Virus record (IMG/VR): IMGVR_UViG_3300037264_002513
Coordinates: 1 to 61,600 of that record
Direction: 5' to 3' (one strand)
Source: a virus
Lineage: Duplodnaviria > Caudoviricetes
Length of the DNA stretch: 61,600 bases
The notes under the pieces were generated by a model that saw only the letters and a program-made list of their open reading frames with translations, did no database searches and had not been told where the DNA came from. Position numbers and translations under genes: made by a program. This document shows, in pieces, positions 8,833 to 16,366 of this stretch (positions are counted from its first letter, which is position 1; each line of letters starts with the position of its first letter).

Positions 8833-9009
8833 TCACGCGCGCGCGCGCGTCTTCCGGGTCAACGCTTCCTGCCTCTTCGCGGCGCGGACCTTCTTCCAGC
8901 GGGCGTTGATCGCCTTTCGAGCCGCCGCTGACCTCTCTTCGGGCGTGCGCTTCGCCTGGCACGCCAGCCCGCCCATGCGCGCGAATTCGCCGATGGTGAG
9001 TTCTCGCAT
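8833..9009 (-). CDS. small basic protein (58 aa), likely nucleic-acid binding
   Basis: MRELTIGEFARMGGLACQAKRTPEERSAAARKAINARWKK...; below the ORF-track cutoff; sits right after a promoter. Confidence 0.65.
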   Translation of the reverse strand: MRELTIGEFARMGGLACQAKRTPEERSAAARKAINARWKKVRAAKRQEALTRKTRARA

Positions 9010-9015
9010 GTGCGT

Positions 9016-9044
9016 AACTTACTTGCCGGCGCGAAGCCTGTCAA
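9016..9044 (-). promoter_or_regulatory. sigma70-type promoter, probably leaderless transcript
   Basis: TTGACA (9044-9039) - 17 bp - TAAGTT (9021-9016), 6 nt before ATG 9009. Confidence 0.6.
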
Positions 9045-9214
9045 GCGCCGACTTACCCGCCCGCTCGCGCGCCATGATGAGCGGCTTTTCCATGTGACCT
9101 CCTGTTGCAAGCATCTGAGGCTTAACCCGTGGACCCGCTGTCACTTCCCTCCGCCTGGCGTCCAACCCGTGTGCTCGATTGAGCCGCCCGATGCGGCTCT
9201 CGGAGCACAGGAGT

Positions 9215-9505
9215 CTACCGCTGTTCGCTAGCGTTCGGCTGGCCCAGCCCCTGCTTCACGCGGTCGTCGTCGCCCTCGTACTCGTCGCACCAGCACACCC
9301 GGCCCTGCGTGTCGTGCCAGATGGCGAAGTGGCGGTCGAGGTGGTCGTAGGCCACGCAGCCCTTGGCCTCATCGAGGGTGGCGTAGCGCCCGTGGGACTC
9401 GTCGGTCGTGAGGTTGATCACCTCGTAGGGAAGCTCAGGATTCCCCTCAATCGACTCGCGCGCCTCGATGGCGTGGAACTCGGAGAGCGTCATCGTCTTC
9501 TTCAT
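9215..9505 (-). CDS. hypothetical early protein
   Basis: MKKTMTLSEF... with AGAGGAGG RBS. Confidence 0.65.
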   Translation of the reverse strand: MKKTMTLSEFHAIEARESIEGNPELPYEVINLTTDESHGRYATLDEAKGCVAYDHLDRHFAIWHDTQGRVCWCDEYEGDDDRVKQGLGQPNASEQR

Positions 9506-9516
9506 GGTGACCTCCT

Positions 9517-9759
9517 CTAGGAAACAGAGCGACCGCATGTCTCGCAGTGGAACGAATCGCAGTCGAACCCGTTCGCGACGATCAGGTCAGCTGTGAGCTC
9601 CAAGACCTCCTGCCCGCTGATGTCGCGCCCAGTGTAGGCGGCGCTCATGCCGGCGTGCGCGCCGCAGTAGCACCGCCCGTTGTCGCCCAGGTAGAGGGCG
9701 GTGGGCTTGAGGACCGGTTCACGCCGAGCGTTCGCCGCGATGAGGCTTGCCTGTTTCAT
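9517..9759 (-). CDS. hypothetical Cys/His protein
   Basis: CYCGAH...CETC; in the early gene run. Confidence 0.6.
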   Translation of the reverse strand: MKQASLIAANARREPVLKPTALYLGDNGRCYCGAHAGMSAAYTGRDISGQEVLELTADLIVANGFDCDSFHCETCGRSVS

Positions 9760-9768
9760 CGCGGCCCC

Positions 9769-10008
9769 CTACCACTCACCGAACGTGCAGACGATGCCGC
9801 AGCCACCGCTGCGGTGCCGCTCGCTCGCGAAGTGTGCCTGGATCTCGGCCACGCGCTGGGCATCCAGCGTGCGCCAGGAGTGCGCCCAACGGCGCGGCGG
9901 GGCGCCGGCCAGGAGCTCCGCGCAACGCGGGCACCCGGTCGGCTTGGGACGACCGAACGCCATCTGGCATCGGCCGTCGTGTTTCGTGGGGATGGGCGGA
10001 AAGGACAT
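9769..10008 (-). CDS. hypothetical Zn-binding early protein
   Basis: H..RC..FGR...CPRC...H..GGCGIVCTFGEW; GGAGG RBS; first gene after promoter. Confidence 0.7.
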   Translation of the reverse strand: MSFPPIPTKHDGRCQMAFGRPKPTGCPRCAELLAGAPPRRWAHSWRTLDAQRVAEIQAHFASERHRSGGCGIVCTFGEW

Positions 10009-10025
10009 TCAGACCTCCGCCACAC

Positions 10026-10054
10026 AATATACGCGCTTGTTCCTATCTTGTCAA
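10026..10054 (-). promoter_or_regulatory. strong sigma70-type early promoter
   Basis: TTGACA (10054-10049) - 17 bp - TATATT (10031-10026) in AT-rich intergenic DNA. Confidence 0.8.
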
Positions 10055-10190
10055 TAGGGGCTGGTGCGTATTCGTAGAGAGGCCCGCCGTCAAGACGTTG
10101 ACAACCGTGCGATACTGGGCTTGGCGCCAACCTGGGGCTGAGACAAGCCCTGGCCGGGGGCCGCGGCCGGAACCCGCGAGCCCCCAGCCC

Positions 10191-10280
10191 CTACCGCATC
10201 CAACGCCAGCACGCCATCGCCAGCAACATAGCCAGCACGGTCGCGAGGATGAGGGCGGCATCCTCCTTGTCATCAGTCAC
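10191..10280 (-). CDS. small membrane peptide (29 aa)
   Basis: MTDDKEDAALILATVLAMLLAMACWRWMR; GTG start overlaps upstream TGA (GTGA). Confidence 0.45.
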   Translation of the reverse strand: MTDDKEDAALILATVLAMLLAMACWRWMR

Positions 10281-10762
10281 GCCGCATCACTCCATACGAC
10301 CGAGAAGCCCTCGGCGCGGGTGACGAAGTAGTGCGGGGGCACCAGCCCAGCGGGGAAGTCCTCGAAGAGCGGCACGCCCCCCGCCGCATAGAAGTTCGCC
10401 GCGAACTGTGAGCAGAACTGCTGGCCGACGAGCGTTACGGGGTCGGGCGTGGCGAAGCTCAGCAACGCCCAGAACGCGTACGGCTGGCCTTTTACCTTCT
10501 GGAAGTAGGCCAGTGCGTCCGACCAGGAGAACCCCGAGGGCGGGCGCAGCGCTATCCCCGGCTTCGGCCAGTCCCACCTGTACCGGTTCACCCCCCGGTC
10601 AGCCCGCGCCGTGAGCGTGCTCACCCCAGGCACCTCCACGACTTCGACGTGGCTCCATCGGTGCCCCGTCCGCAGTGAGATCGCCCAGCCCAGCAGCTCG
10701 AAGGGCCGGTAGACGACGATGTCGCCGGGACGCAGTAGCGCCGGGTCGAGGATGGGGCGCAT
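10277..10762 (-). CDS. permuted papain-like (YiiX/YebB, NlpC/P60-type) amidase/peptidase
   Basis: LRPGDIV...WSHV (His first)...GQPY...FCSQF (Cys second). Confidence 0.75.
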   Translation of the reverse strand: MRPILDPALLRPGDIVVYRPFELLGWAISLRTGHRWSHVEVVEVPGVSTLTARADRGVNRYRWDWPKPGIALRPPSGFSWSDALAYFQKVKGQPYAFWALLSFATPDPVTLVGQQFCSQFAANFYAAGGVPLFEDFPAGLVPPHYFVTRAEGFSVVWSDAA

Positions 10763-10764
10763 GG

Positions 10765-11256
10765 CTACACGCTGCTGAGTACCGCGCCCGCTTGCTGCAT
10801 CTTCGTCTCGATGCGGAGGACGCGCGTTTCGAGGTCGGCGACCCGCGCTTCGAGGTCGCCCGTGGGCGGCGGCAGCGGGTCAGGCGGGGGCGTCGTCGTG
10901 CCGGGGTTGATCGGAGCTTTCCACGGTCGCGCTGGGTCGTTCAGGACGCCCTGCGGCTGCCAGGCCGGCGTGGCGGGTCCGTACCGGTTCTCGTCTTCGT
11001 CCCACCCAGCACCGACGAGACAGTCGAAGTGTTCGAGTGTCACCTTGTGCTGGATGATGTCCGCCGCAACGTACGACCCGTCCGACAGGATGCCATAGCT
11101 GCCGGAGGTTTTCGTCGACAGACCCCACCCCTCGGCGCGGTGTATCCAGGCCGCCTCGTTGCAGATCGCCGCGCACTGGCTGGCGGTTGGCCCGAGATCG
11201 CGGTCGTGGGTGTACTTCTTTCGAACGTCCGCCACCGTCTCCTGAATCGTCGCCAT
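10765..11256 (-). CDS. hypothetical protein in lysis region (globular domain + Pro linker + coiled coil)
   Basis: ATG 11256 with AAGGAG RBS; WGLSTKTSG...ADII...FDCLVGAG; C-terminal DLEARVADLETRV. Confidence 0.65.
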   Translation of the reverse strand: MATIQETVADVRKKYTHDRDLGPTASQCAAICNEAAWIHRAEGWGLSTKTSGSYGILSDGSYVAADIIQHKVTLEHFDCLVGAGWDEDENRYGPATPAWQPQGVLNDPARPWKAPINPGTTTPPPDPLPPPTGDLEARVADLETRVLRIETKMQQAGAVLSSV

Positions 11257-11257
11257 G

Positions 11258-11374
11258 TCACTTCTCCTTCGGCGGACGACCGTTCCACCAGCGCCCGCAC
11301 GTTGCACACTCCCAGCGCCGGAGCGCCGGATCGTACTCGATCTGTGCTGTCTCGCCGCAGTGCGGGCACCTCAT
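11258..11374 (-). CDS. Zn-ribbon microprotein (38 aa)
   Basis: MRCPHCGE...WECATCGRWW; ATG abuts upstream TAG. Confidence 0.55.
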   Translation of the reverse strand: MRCPHCGETAQIEYDPALRRWECATCGRWWNGRPPKEK

Positions 11375-11716
11375 CTACTTCTCGCGGCCGATACAGCGGT
11401 TCCAGGCTTCTTCCGGGTTTGGATTCCTACGCGCGTTGTTGAGGCATTCCGCGAGCACGATGCGGTTCGTTTCCTTCGCGGCGGCTAGGATCTGCGCGTC
11501 CAGCATCTCGTCCCGCTGGTAGTGCTTCACTCCTTCGTCCCGCATCTCTTCTATGAGCTTGGCGTGCGCGTCGAGGCGCGTGATGAGGTGCGTACGGTCG
11601 GACCAGACCATGTAGCCCGCAAGGGACCACGCCGCGCCAACCGCCGCGACGAACCGCATCCATGCCGGCAGCCCGCGCGTGCCGTTCCCGCCGTTCTCGA
11701 TGTCGTTCGCCATCAT
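11375..11716 (-). CDS. holin-like single-TM protein
   Basis: GAGGAG RBS; one hydrophobic helix followed by coiled coil; position after tail genes. Confidence 0.5.
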   Translation of the reverse strand: MMANDIENGGNGTRGLPAWMRFVAAVGAAWSLAGYMVWSDRTHLITRLDAHAKLIEEMRDEGVKHYQRDEMLDAQILAAAKETNRIVLAECLNNARRNPNPEEAWNRCIGREK

Positions 11717-11777
11717 CAGACTCCTCGCCGCCAGCGCCGATCCGGTCGGAGGATCGAAACGAAACATGGGATTCTCG

Positions 11778-13055
11778 TCACCTGGTCGCTGTGATGCCGA
11801 CCGCGTGAGACGGGCTGCTCGAGAGAGTCAGCAAGGGTCGATCGAGCCCAGCCCGACGCGCGAGGCCTTCGAGGCCATCGGGCTGGAGGTTGTCGCTGTA
11901 GGCATACAACAGGAGCGTGCGCCACGGCGCGAGGCAGTGTTCGCGCACCACTGCGGCGCGCTCCGGCGGCAGCTCGAGGAGCCGCCCCGGCATCAACAGT
12001 ACTGTGTCGGGGCTCCACTCGGCCCACGGCACATGTCCGATGTCGCCCGTCATCCACTCCCCGCCAGCGAGTCGGATGATGTCAGGCTCGCGCTCCACAC
12101 CCAGCGTCTCGATGGCGCCGACATCCCGCAGGATGCGGTCGAGGAGCATCCCGTTTCCGGCCCCCAGGTCGACGACGCGAGATTGACCCGGCACGAGGCG
12201 GCCCCGCAGGGCGGCGACAATCGCGCGGTGGGCAGCCCGCATCGGCCCGGGGGCCGAAAACCCGTTCTCCGTCCACCACCTGGCATCCGCCGGTCGGTAC
12301 GCGCCATCGCGGGCCAGCCGGTCAGTGTGCAGGGTGTGGTCAGTGCGCGTCGAGATCCGCATGGCCGGCGTCGAGATCCACGCGATGCCGTGCAGCCGGC
12401 TCCACTCCATCGGCCAGGCCAGCATCTCGACCGCCTCGTCCGTTTCCCACCGATAGCCCAGTCGCCTTGCCGCCTTGAGCGCGTCAGAGGCGAGCGCCTT
12501 CGACATCATGCAGGCGGAATCGCAGGGAAGATGTGGGACGAGGCGGACGCCAGCCCATCGCAACCAGATGTTGATGAGGGGTGGCCCAGACGCGCCGGCT
12601 TCGAAGGTGCTGTCGACTTGGCCCTTGCCCCATGTCTGACAGAACGCCCCGCGACAGCACACGGGGTAGCCCAGGAGTTGCCCGACCTTGCCGTCGTCGC
12701 GCACCGCGAGGGCGTTGAGTAGGGCCCGCGCGTTCTCCGGCGCAGCGACGATGACCCGGTATTGCCAAGGCCCGCCAGGCACGAGCGCGCCCTCGCAGGA
12801 CGTGTAAGGCTGCGCTGACACGGGCACCTGGCGCGGCACCACGGCGAGCCCGTGCCGCACGCCCCACTCCGCCAGCGCCGGGAGCTCGTCGGGCGAGCAG
12901 TGCTGGTACGCCGCCTGGCGCACACCATCCACCACCAGTTGGCGCTCGACCTCGAGCCAGGCGCGCCCCCAATCCTGCCGCACCGCTTCCCACCAGGCGC
13001 GAGACGCCTGGTCGCGATACGCGATGCGCGTGAAGTCAGGCAGCTGTGGGCTCAT
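11778..13055 (-). CDS. Cys-motif (DUF483-like) domain fused to class I SAM-dependent methyltransferase
   Basis: GQLLGYPVCCRGAF...RLVPHLPCDSAC in N-domain; VVDLGAGNG..LGVE in C-domain; ATGA overlap with radical SAM gene. Confidence 0.75.
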   Translation of the reverse strand: MSPQLPDFTRIAYRDQASRAWWEAVRQDWGRAWLEVERQLVVDGVRQAAYQHCSPDELPALAEWGVRHGLAVVPRQVPVSAQPYTSCEGALVPGGPWQYRVIVAAPENARALLNALAVRDDGKVGQLLGYPVCCRGAFCQTWGKGQVDSTFEAGASGPPLINIWLRWAGVRLVPHLPCDSACMMSKALASDALKAARRLGYRWETDEAVEMLAWPMEWSRLHGIAWISTPAMRISTRTDHTLHTDRLARDGAYRPADARWWTENGFSAPGPMRAAHRAIVAALRGRLVPGQSRVVDLGAGNGMLLDRILRDVGAIETLGVEREPDIIRLAGGEWMTGDIGHVPWAEWSPDTVLLMPGRLLELPPERAAVVREHCLAPWRTLLLYAYSDNLQPDGLEGLARRAGLDRPLLTLSSSPSHAVGITATR

Positions 13056-14308
13056 CGGCCGGAATCTCCATGACTGTCACCGTGCGGCGAGTCCCCGTGC
13101 CCAGAGTCCCCGTGGCGCGGACGGGTGTGGTCGGTGTGATCGCCGTGGCCGTCGCCGTGGCCGCCATCCCGCGGTGCCCGTCGTGTGCCGCAGCTCGAGC
13201 CCAGCACCGCGTCTGATAGGCGGGGCGTGTCGCCGCGCGCCCACGCTTCGTGCATGTACCGTTCGTAGAGCGCCCGGTGCGGATGCTGAGTCACCGGCAC
13301 GATGCCGGCGCGGCGGAGCCGCCGCTCGCCCTCCGCGTAGAGGTGTTTCCACACCGCGCAGTACGCGTCTTTGTTGCGCCAGTCACCGTCGATGGCCCCG
13401 CCAGGGCACGCCCCGGTGCAACAGATCCAGTAGGGGCAGCCTTGGCAGCCGCCGTGATCTTGCGGGGTGACTTCCAGCGCGAGCTGCCGCTCGTAGGAGT
13501 GGCCGTCGGCGGGGGTCCACGGTCCACCCGTGAGGACGCGTCCGCACATCGAGGGTTCGCCGTCAGGCTCGATGCCGTTGCAGCTGGGCGTATTCCATGG
13601 GTCACAAGACCGATGGTGGCACAGCACATGATCGTCTTGACCCTGCAGGACGCGCAGCACATCGCTGAAGATCGACAGCGTGAGGTCGGGGCTCTCGTCC
13701 TGTAGGGCCCAGAGCGCGTCAAGCACCGACATCAGATCCGAGTCTGGCAAGACAAGCTCAGGGGGGCCGTGCCGCTCAAGTAGGTGCGGGTTGATATGTC
13801 GGATGCCGCGATGGCGGAGGCCACGAACCCACTCGAGGAACCGCGCCACGCGCTCGCTGGTCCCCACGTTCGCCGCAGAGAGCGTGATGATGAACGAGGG
13901 CACCACGCCAGCCTCAAGGAGCGCATCGATCGCCGCCTCGGTCTTTGCCGTCTGCTGCACGCCACATCGGGCGGCGTTGAGGTCGCCAGGGCCGTCGATG
14001 CTGACACCTACCCCGACGCAGTACCGCTGGAAGAGCACGATGTGCGCGGGCGTGATCAAGGTGCCGTTGGTCTGGATGCCGGAGTGCCCGAACTTCTGGT
14101 GACCGTACGCGAAGAACTCCTCGAGCTCAGCCAGCGACGAGAGCAACGGCTCGCCGCCAAACAGATGGAAGCTCCCGCCCAACCGGTCGATCTGCCGGAA
14201 CATCGCGGCCTTGTCGAGCGGGATGCGCTCCCGGCGGTCGTGCTGTTCATAGCAGTACGCGCAGGCGAGGTTACATCGATGCCCGACGAGTTTGATCTCG
14301 ACTGTCAT
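13052..14308 (-). CDS. radical SAM/SPASM-domain peptide/protein maturase with HGD-repeat C-terminal tail
   Basis: CNLACAYC (CxxxCxxC), FGGEPLL, IQTNGTLI, VSIDG; SPASM C..GIEPDGEPSMC and CQGCPYWICCTGAC (Cx2Cx5Cx3C)...YC. Confidence 0.92.
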   Translation of the reverse strand: MTVEIKLVGHRCNLACAYCYEQHDRRERIPLDKAAMFRQIDRLGGSFHLFGGEPLLSSLAELEEFFAYGHQKFGHSGIQTNGTLITPAHIVLFQRYCVGVGVSIDGPGDLNAARCGVQQTAKTEAAIDALLEAGVVPSFIITLSAANVGTSERVARFLEWVRGLRHRGIRHINPHLLERHGPPELVLPDSDLMSVLDALWALQDESPDLTLSIFSDVLRVLQGQDDHVLCHHRSCDPWNTPSCNGIEPDGEPSMCGRVLTGGPWTPADGHSYERQLALEVTPQDHGGCQGCPYWICCTGACPGGAIDGDWRNKDAYCAVWKHLYAEGERRLRRAGIVPVTQHPHRALYERYMHEAWARGDTPRLSDAVLGSSCGTRRAPRDGGHGDGHGDHTDHTRPRHGDSGHGDSPHGDSHGDSGR

Positions 14309-15544
14309 CTACGCTCCTATCAGGCTGGGGTTCGCTACGGCCTCGGCATCGGCGTGGTCGATGTCGGCGTGATCCGTGTCAGCGTGCGTATTCGCGTGGT
14401 CGGCATCGGAGTGGGCAGAGTCGGTGTGGGGCACAAGGTCGCCGTGCGCGTCAGAGTGGGTGTTCTGATGGTCGATATCTCCATGCGCTTCGTCCTGGTA
14501 CAGCTGGTCTTGGTGCAGCGTATCTGCGTGGGTGTTCGAATGCGCGTCGGTGTGCACGTTCAGGTGGTCGCTGTCGAGGTGCTCCTGGTCCACATGGGTC
14601 ACGTCCCCGTGCGTGTTCTGGTGCAGCGTATCAGTGTGGGTGTTGAGGTGCGGCCAGTTTTCGTGGGATACGTCGTCGTGATCAGTGTAGGTGTCGGACC
14701 AGTCATCATGGGTGTTCAGGTGGTCGCTGTCGAGGTGGCCGACGCCCTGGTTGGTATGCTCGTCCTGGTGACCGGAGTCCTCATGGGAGTCCGTCCAGTC
14801 GGTGTAGTCCGCGTAGTTCCCATGGAGGACATCCTCGTGGATGTTGGTGTGCCCATCGAGGTGATCGGTGTGGTCCGTATAGAGCTTCCCCCCGCCCAGA
14901 TCGATGTAGCCCACGTTCGCCCAGTCTCCGTACGTGTCCTGATGCTCAAACACCGGAGGCGTGTCGGTGTGCGTGTTCGTATGGGTGTCGGTGTGGTCGC
15001 GGTCAGCGTGGGGGACATTGGTGTGCACCGCATCCGTCCACGCGCTATACGTGTCAGCGTGGAGGACGTTGGCATGGCTCTGGTCCTGGTGCTGCGTGTC
15101 GACGTGTTCGGCATCCGTGTGGCTGGCATCACTATGGGCGTCGCTGTAGATGTCTCCATGTTCGATGTCAGCGTGCGCGACGTTTCCATGGGTATTCTCA
15201 TGGACGTTATCTTGATGGTCGACGTTGCCGTGCGCCACATCCTGGTGACCCCAGAACTCCTCGTGGTCGCTCTCCGCCAGCCAGTGCAGCTGCGCGCCCT
15301 CGATCCAGAGGGATCCCGCCGCGCCCGCTGGGGTGCCCAGCGAGGGGCCGTAGGCTCTGTATTCGTTTGAGGCGCTCTCGTTGATCCAGTGGAGGTAGTC
15401 GCCCTCGATCCAGAGGCTCCCCGGGGCCGCCGTCGCGACCGCCGCAGCGACCCATTCCCCAGCCAGTCGCCACTCGATGCGGGAGGCGTCGATGTAGTGG
15501 AGGTTGTTCCCCTCCACCCAAAGGGAGCCGGGGCGTTTCGCCAC
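14309..15544 (-). CDS. H/Y/W-x-D/N repeat protein; putative radical-SAM substrate and virion fibre
   Basis: Three N-terminal GSLW(V/I)EGxxLH(Y/W) repeats, then ~65 aromatic-X-Asp/Asn tripeptides; start and stop abut both neighbours with 0-bp gaps. Confidence 0.85.
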   Translation of the reverse strand: MAKRPGSLWVEGNNLHYIDASRIEWRLAGEWVAAAVATAAPGSLWIEGDYLHWINESASNEYRAYGPSLGTPAGAAGSLWIEGAQLHWLAESDHEEFWGHQDVAHGNVDHQDNVHENTHGNVAHADIEHGDIYSDAHSDASHTDAEHVDTQHQDQSHANVLHADTYSAWTDAVHTNVPHADRDHTDTHTNTHTDTPPVFEHQDTYGDWANVGYIDLGGGKLYTDHTDHLDGHTNIHEDVLHGNYADYTDWTDSHEDSGHQDEHTNQGVGHLDSDHLNTHDDWSDTYTDHDDVSHENWPHLNTHTDTLHQNTHGDVTHVDQEHLDSDHLNVHTDAHSNTHADTLHQDQLYQDEAHGDIDHQNTHSDAHGDLVPHTDSAHSDADHANTHADTDHADIDHADAEAVANPSLIGA

Positions 15545-16366
15545 TTAGATCTCCGCGTACTTGTCCGCACCAACAGGAATCACAAGGCGGTTGCCCGCGT
15601 TGGACAGCCGCACGATCGGCGACCGCGCAAACTGCGTCGCCGACGTGGCCATCAGCATGTCTCCCGCCGCTTGCCCGACCAACGCCAGGCCCCCGGCGCG
15701 CACGGCCGCGATCTCGACGTTCGTCGGCTGCACCACGAGGCTCGAACTCAAGTCCGCGACGCCCACCAGCCGCCGATACGTGGGCGCGGTCGACGTGATG
15801 GCCCCCACCGTCGCGGAGACATAATACGCCACCCCGGGACTCAGTCCAACAAACCCCGTGACACGCCCTTGGAGCCGAACGGCCCCCGTCGCTGCAGAGG
15901 CGATAGCCGTCGGCGCCAGGCCCACCATCCCCGCCTCGCTCGAGCTCGCCAGCACATCCGCATCGGCACGGTACCACCGCCCCGCCGTCGTGCCGCCCGC
16001 CCCCGCACTGAGATAGACGACATCGCGCGCGGCGATGGCCTCACCGGCAATTCCCTCGATGTCCACGTTCGCGTCCCACGAGGCCGGCGCGATCAGGTTG
16101 TCTTGCGTCCGCAACACCACATCGTTGGCGTTCGCGAAGATGAGCTTGTAGCTGGTCGGGAGCCAGAACATGACGCACCGGCCGGCGGCGTCGCAGATCA
16201 CGGGGTTCGGGTTCGGGATCGTCCCCGCCGCATCTGAGTACGTCGGCAACGCGTTGGCGGGCCAGGTGCCGCCCGCCGACAGCGTGTAGATACGCGCCCC
16301 AGCGATCGTGTTGCCGTTGCTGTCAAGCGCCGTGAACCACGGCGAGGGGGCGACCATGAGCTGCAT
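15545..16366 (-). CDS. tail spike/fibre adaptor with P22 tailspike head-binding-like N-terminal domain
   Basis: DSNGNTIAGARIYT..AG...TYSD..GT.PNPNPV.CDAAGR...YKLI...RTQDN; no catalytic spike domain follows. Confidence 0.7.
   Translation of the reverse strand: MQLMVAPSPWFTALDSNGNTIAGARIYTLSAGGTWPANALPTYSDAAGTIPNPNPVICDAAGRCVMFWLPTSYKLIFANANDVVLRTQDNLIAPASWDANVDIEGIAGEAIAARDVVYLSAGAGGTTAGRWYRADADVLASSSEAGMVGLAPTAIASAATGAVRLQGRVTGFVGLSPGVAYYVSATVGAITSTAPTYRRLVGVADLSSSLVVQPTNVEIAAVRAGGLALVGQAAGDMLMATSATQFARSPIVRLSNAGNRLVIPVGADKYAEI

Noticed and set aside
10098-10130. Plus-strand TTGACA as a divergent promoter
   Set aside because: No -10 hexamer at 16-18 bp spacing and no credible plus-strand gene downstream.
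13052-14308. Interpretation as QueE (7-deazaguanine DNA modification) or as an anaerobic sulfatase maturase
   Set aside because: It has a SPASM domain that QueE lacks; no queC/queD/folE/dpdA or sulfatase gene is in the window, whereas a motif-matched repeat protein is adjacent.
13784-15370. 528-aa Val-rich plus-strand ORF
   Set aside because: Reverse complement of CAC/GAC/AAC (His/Asp/Asn) codons yields Val codons; a by-product of the repeat gene.
14309-15544. Interpretation as a simple His-rich metal-storage protein or a DNA tandem repeat/CRISPR-like array
   Set aside because: No poly-His runs; His alternates with Tyr/Trp in a fixed x-D/N context; no constant-length DNA repeat-spacer structure. 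Metal binding remains possible as a secondary property.
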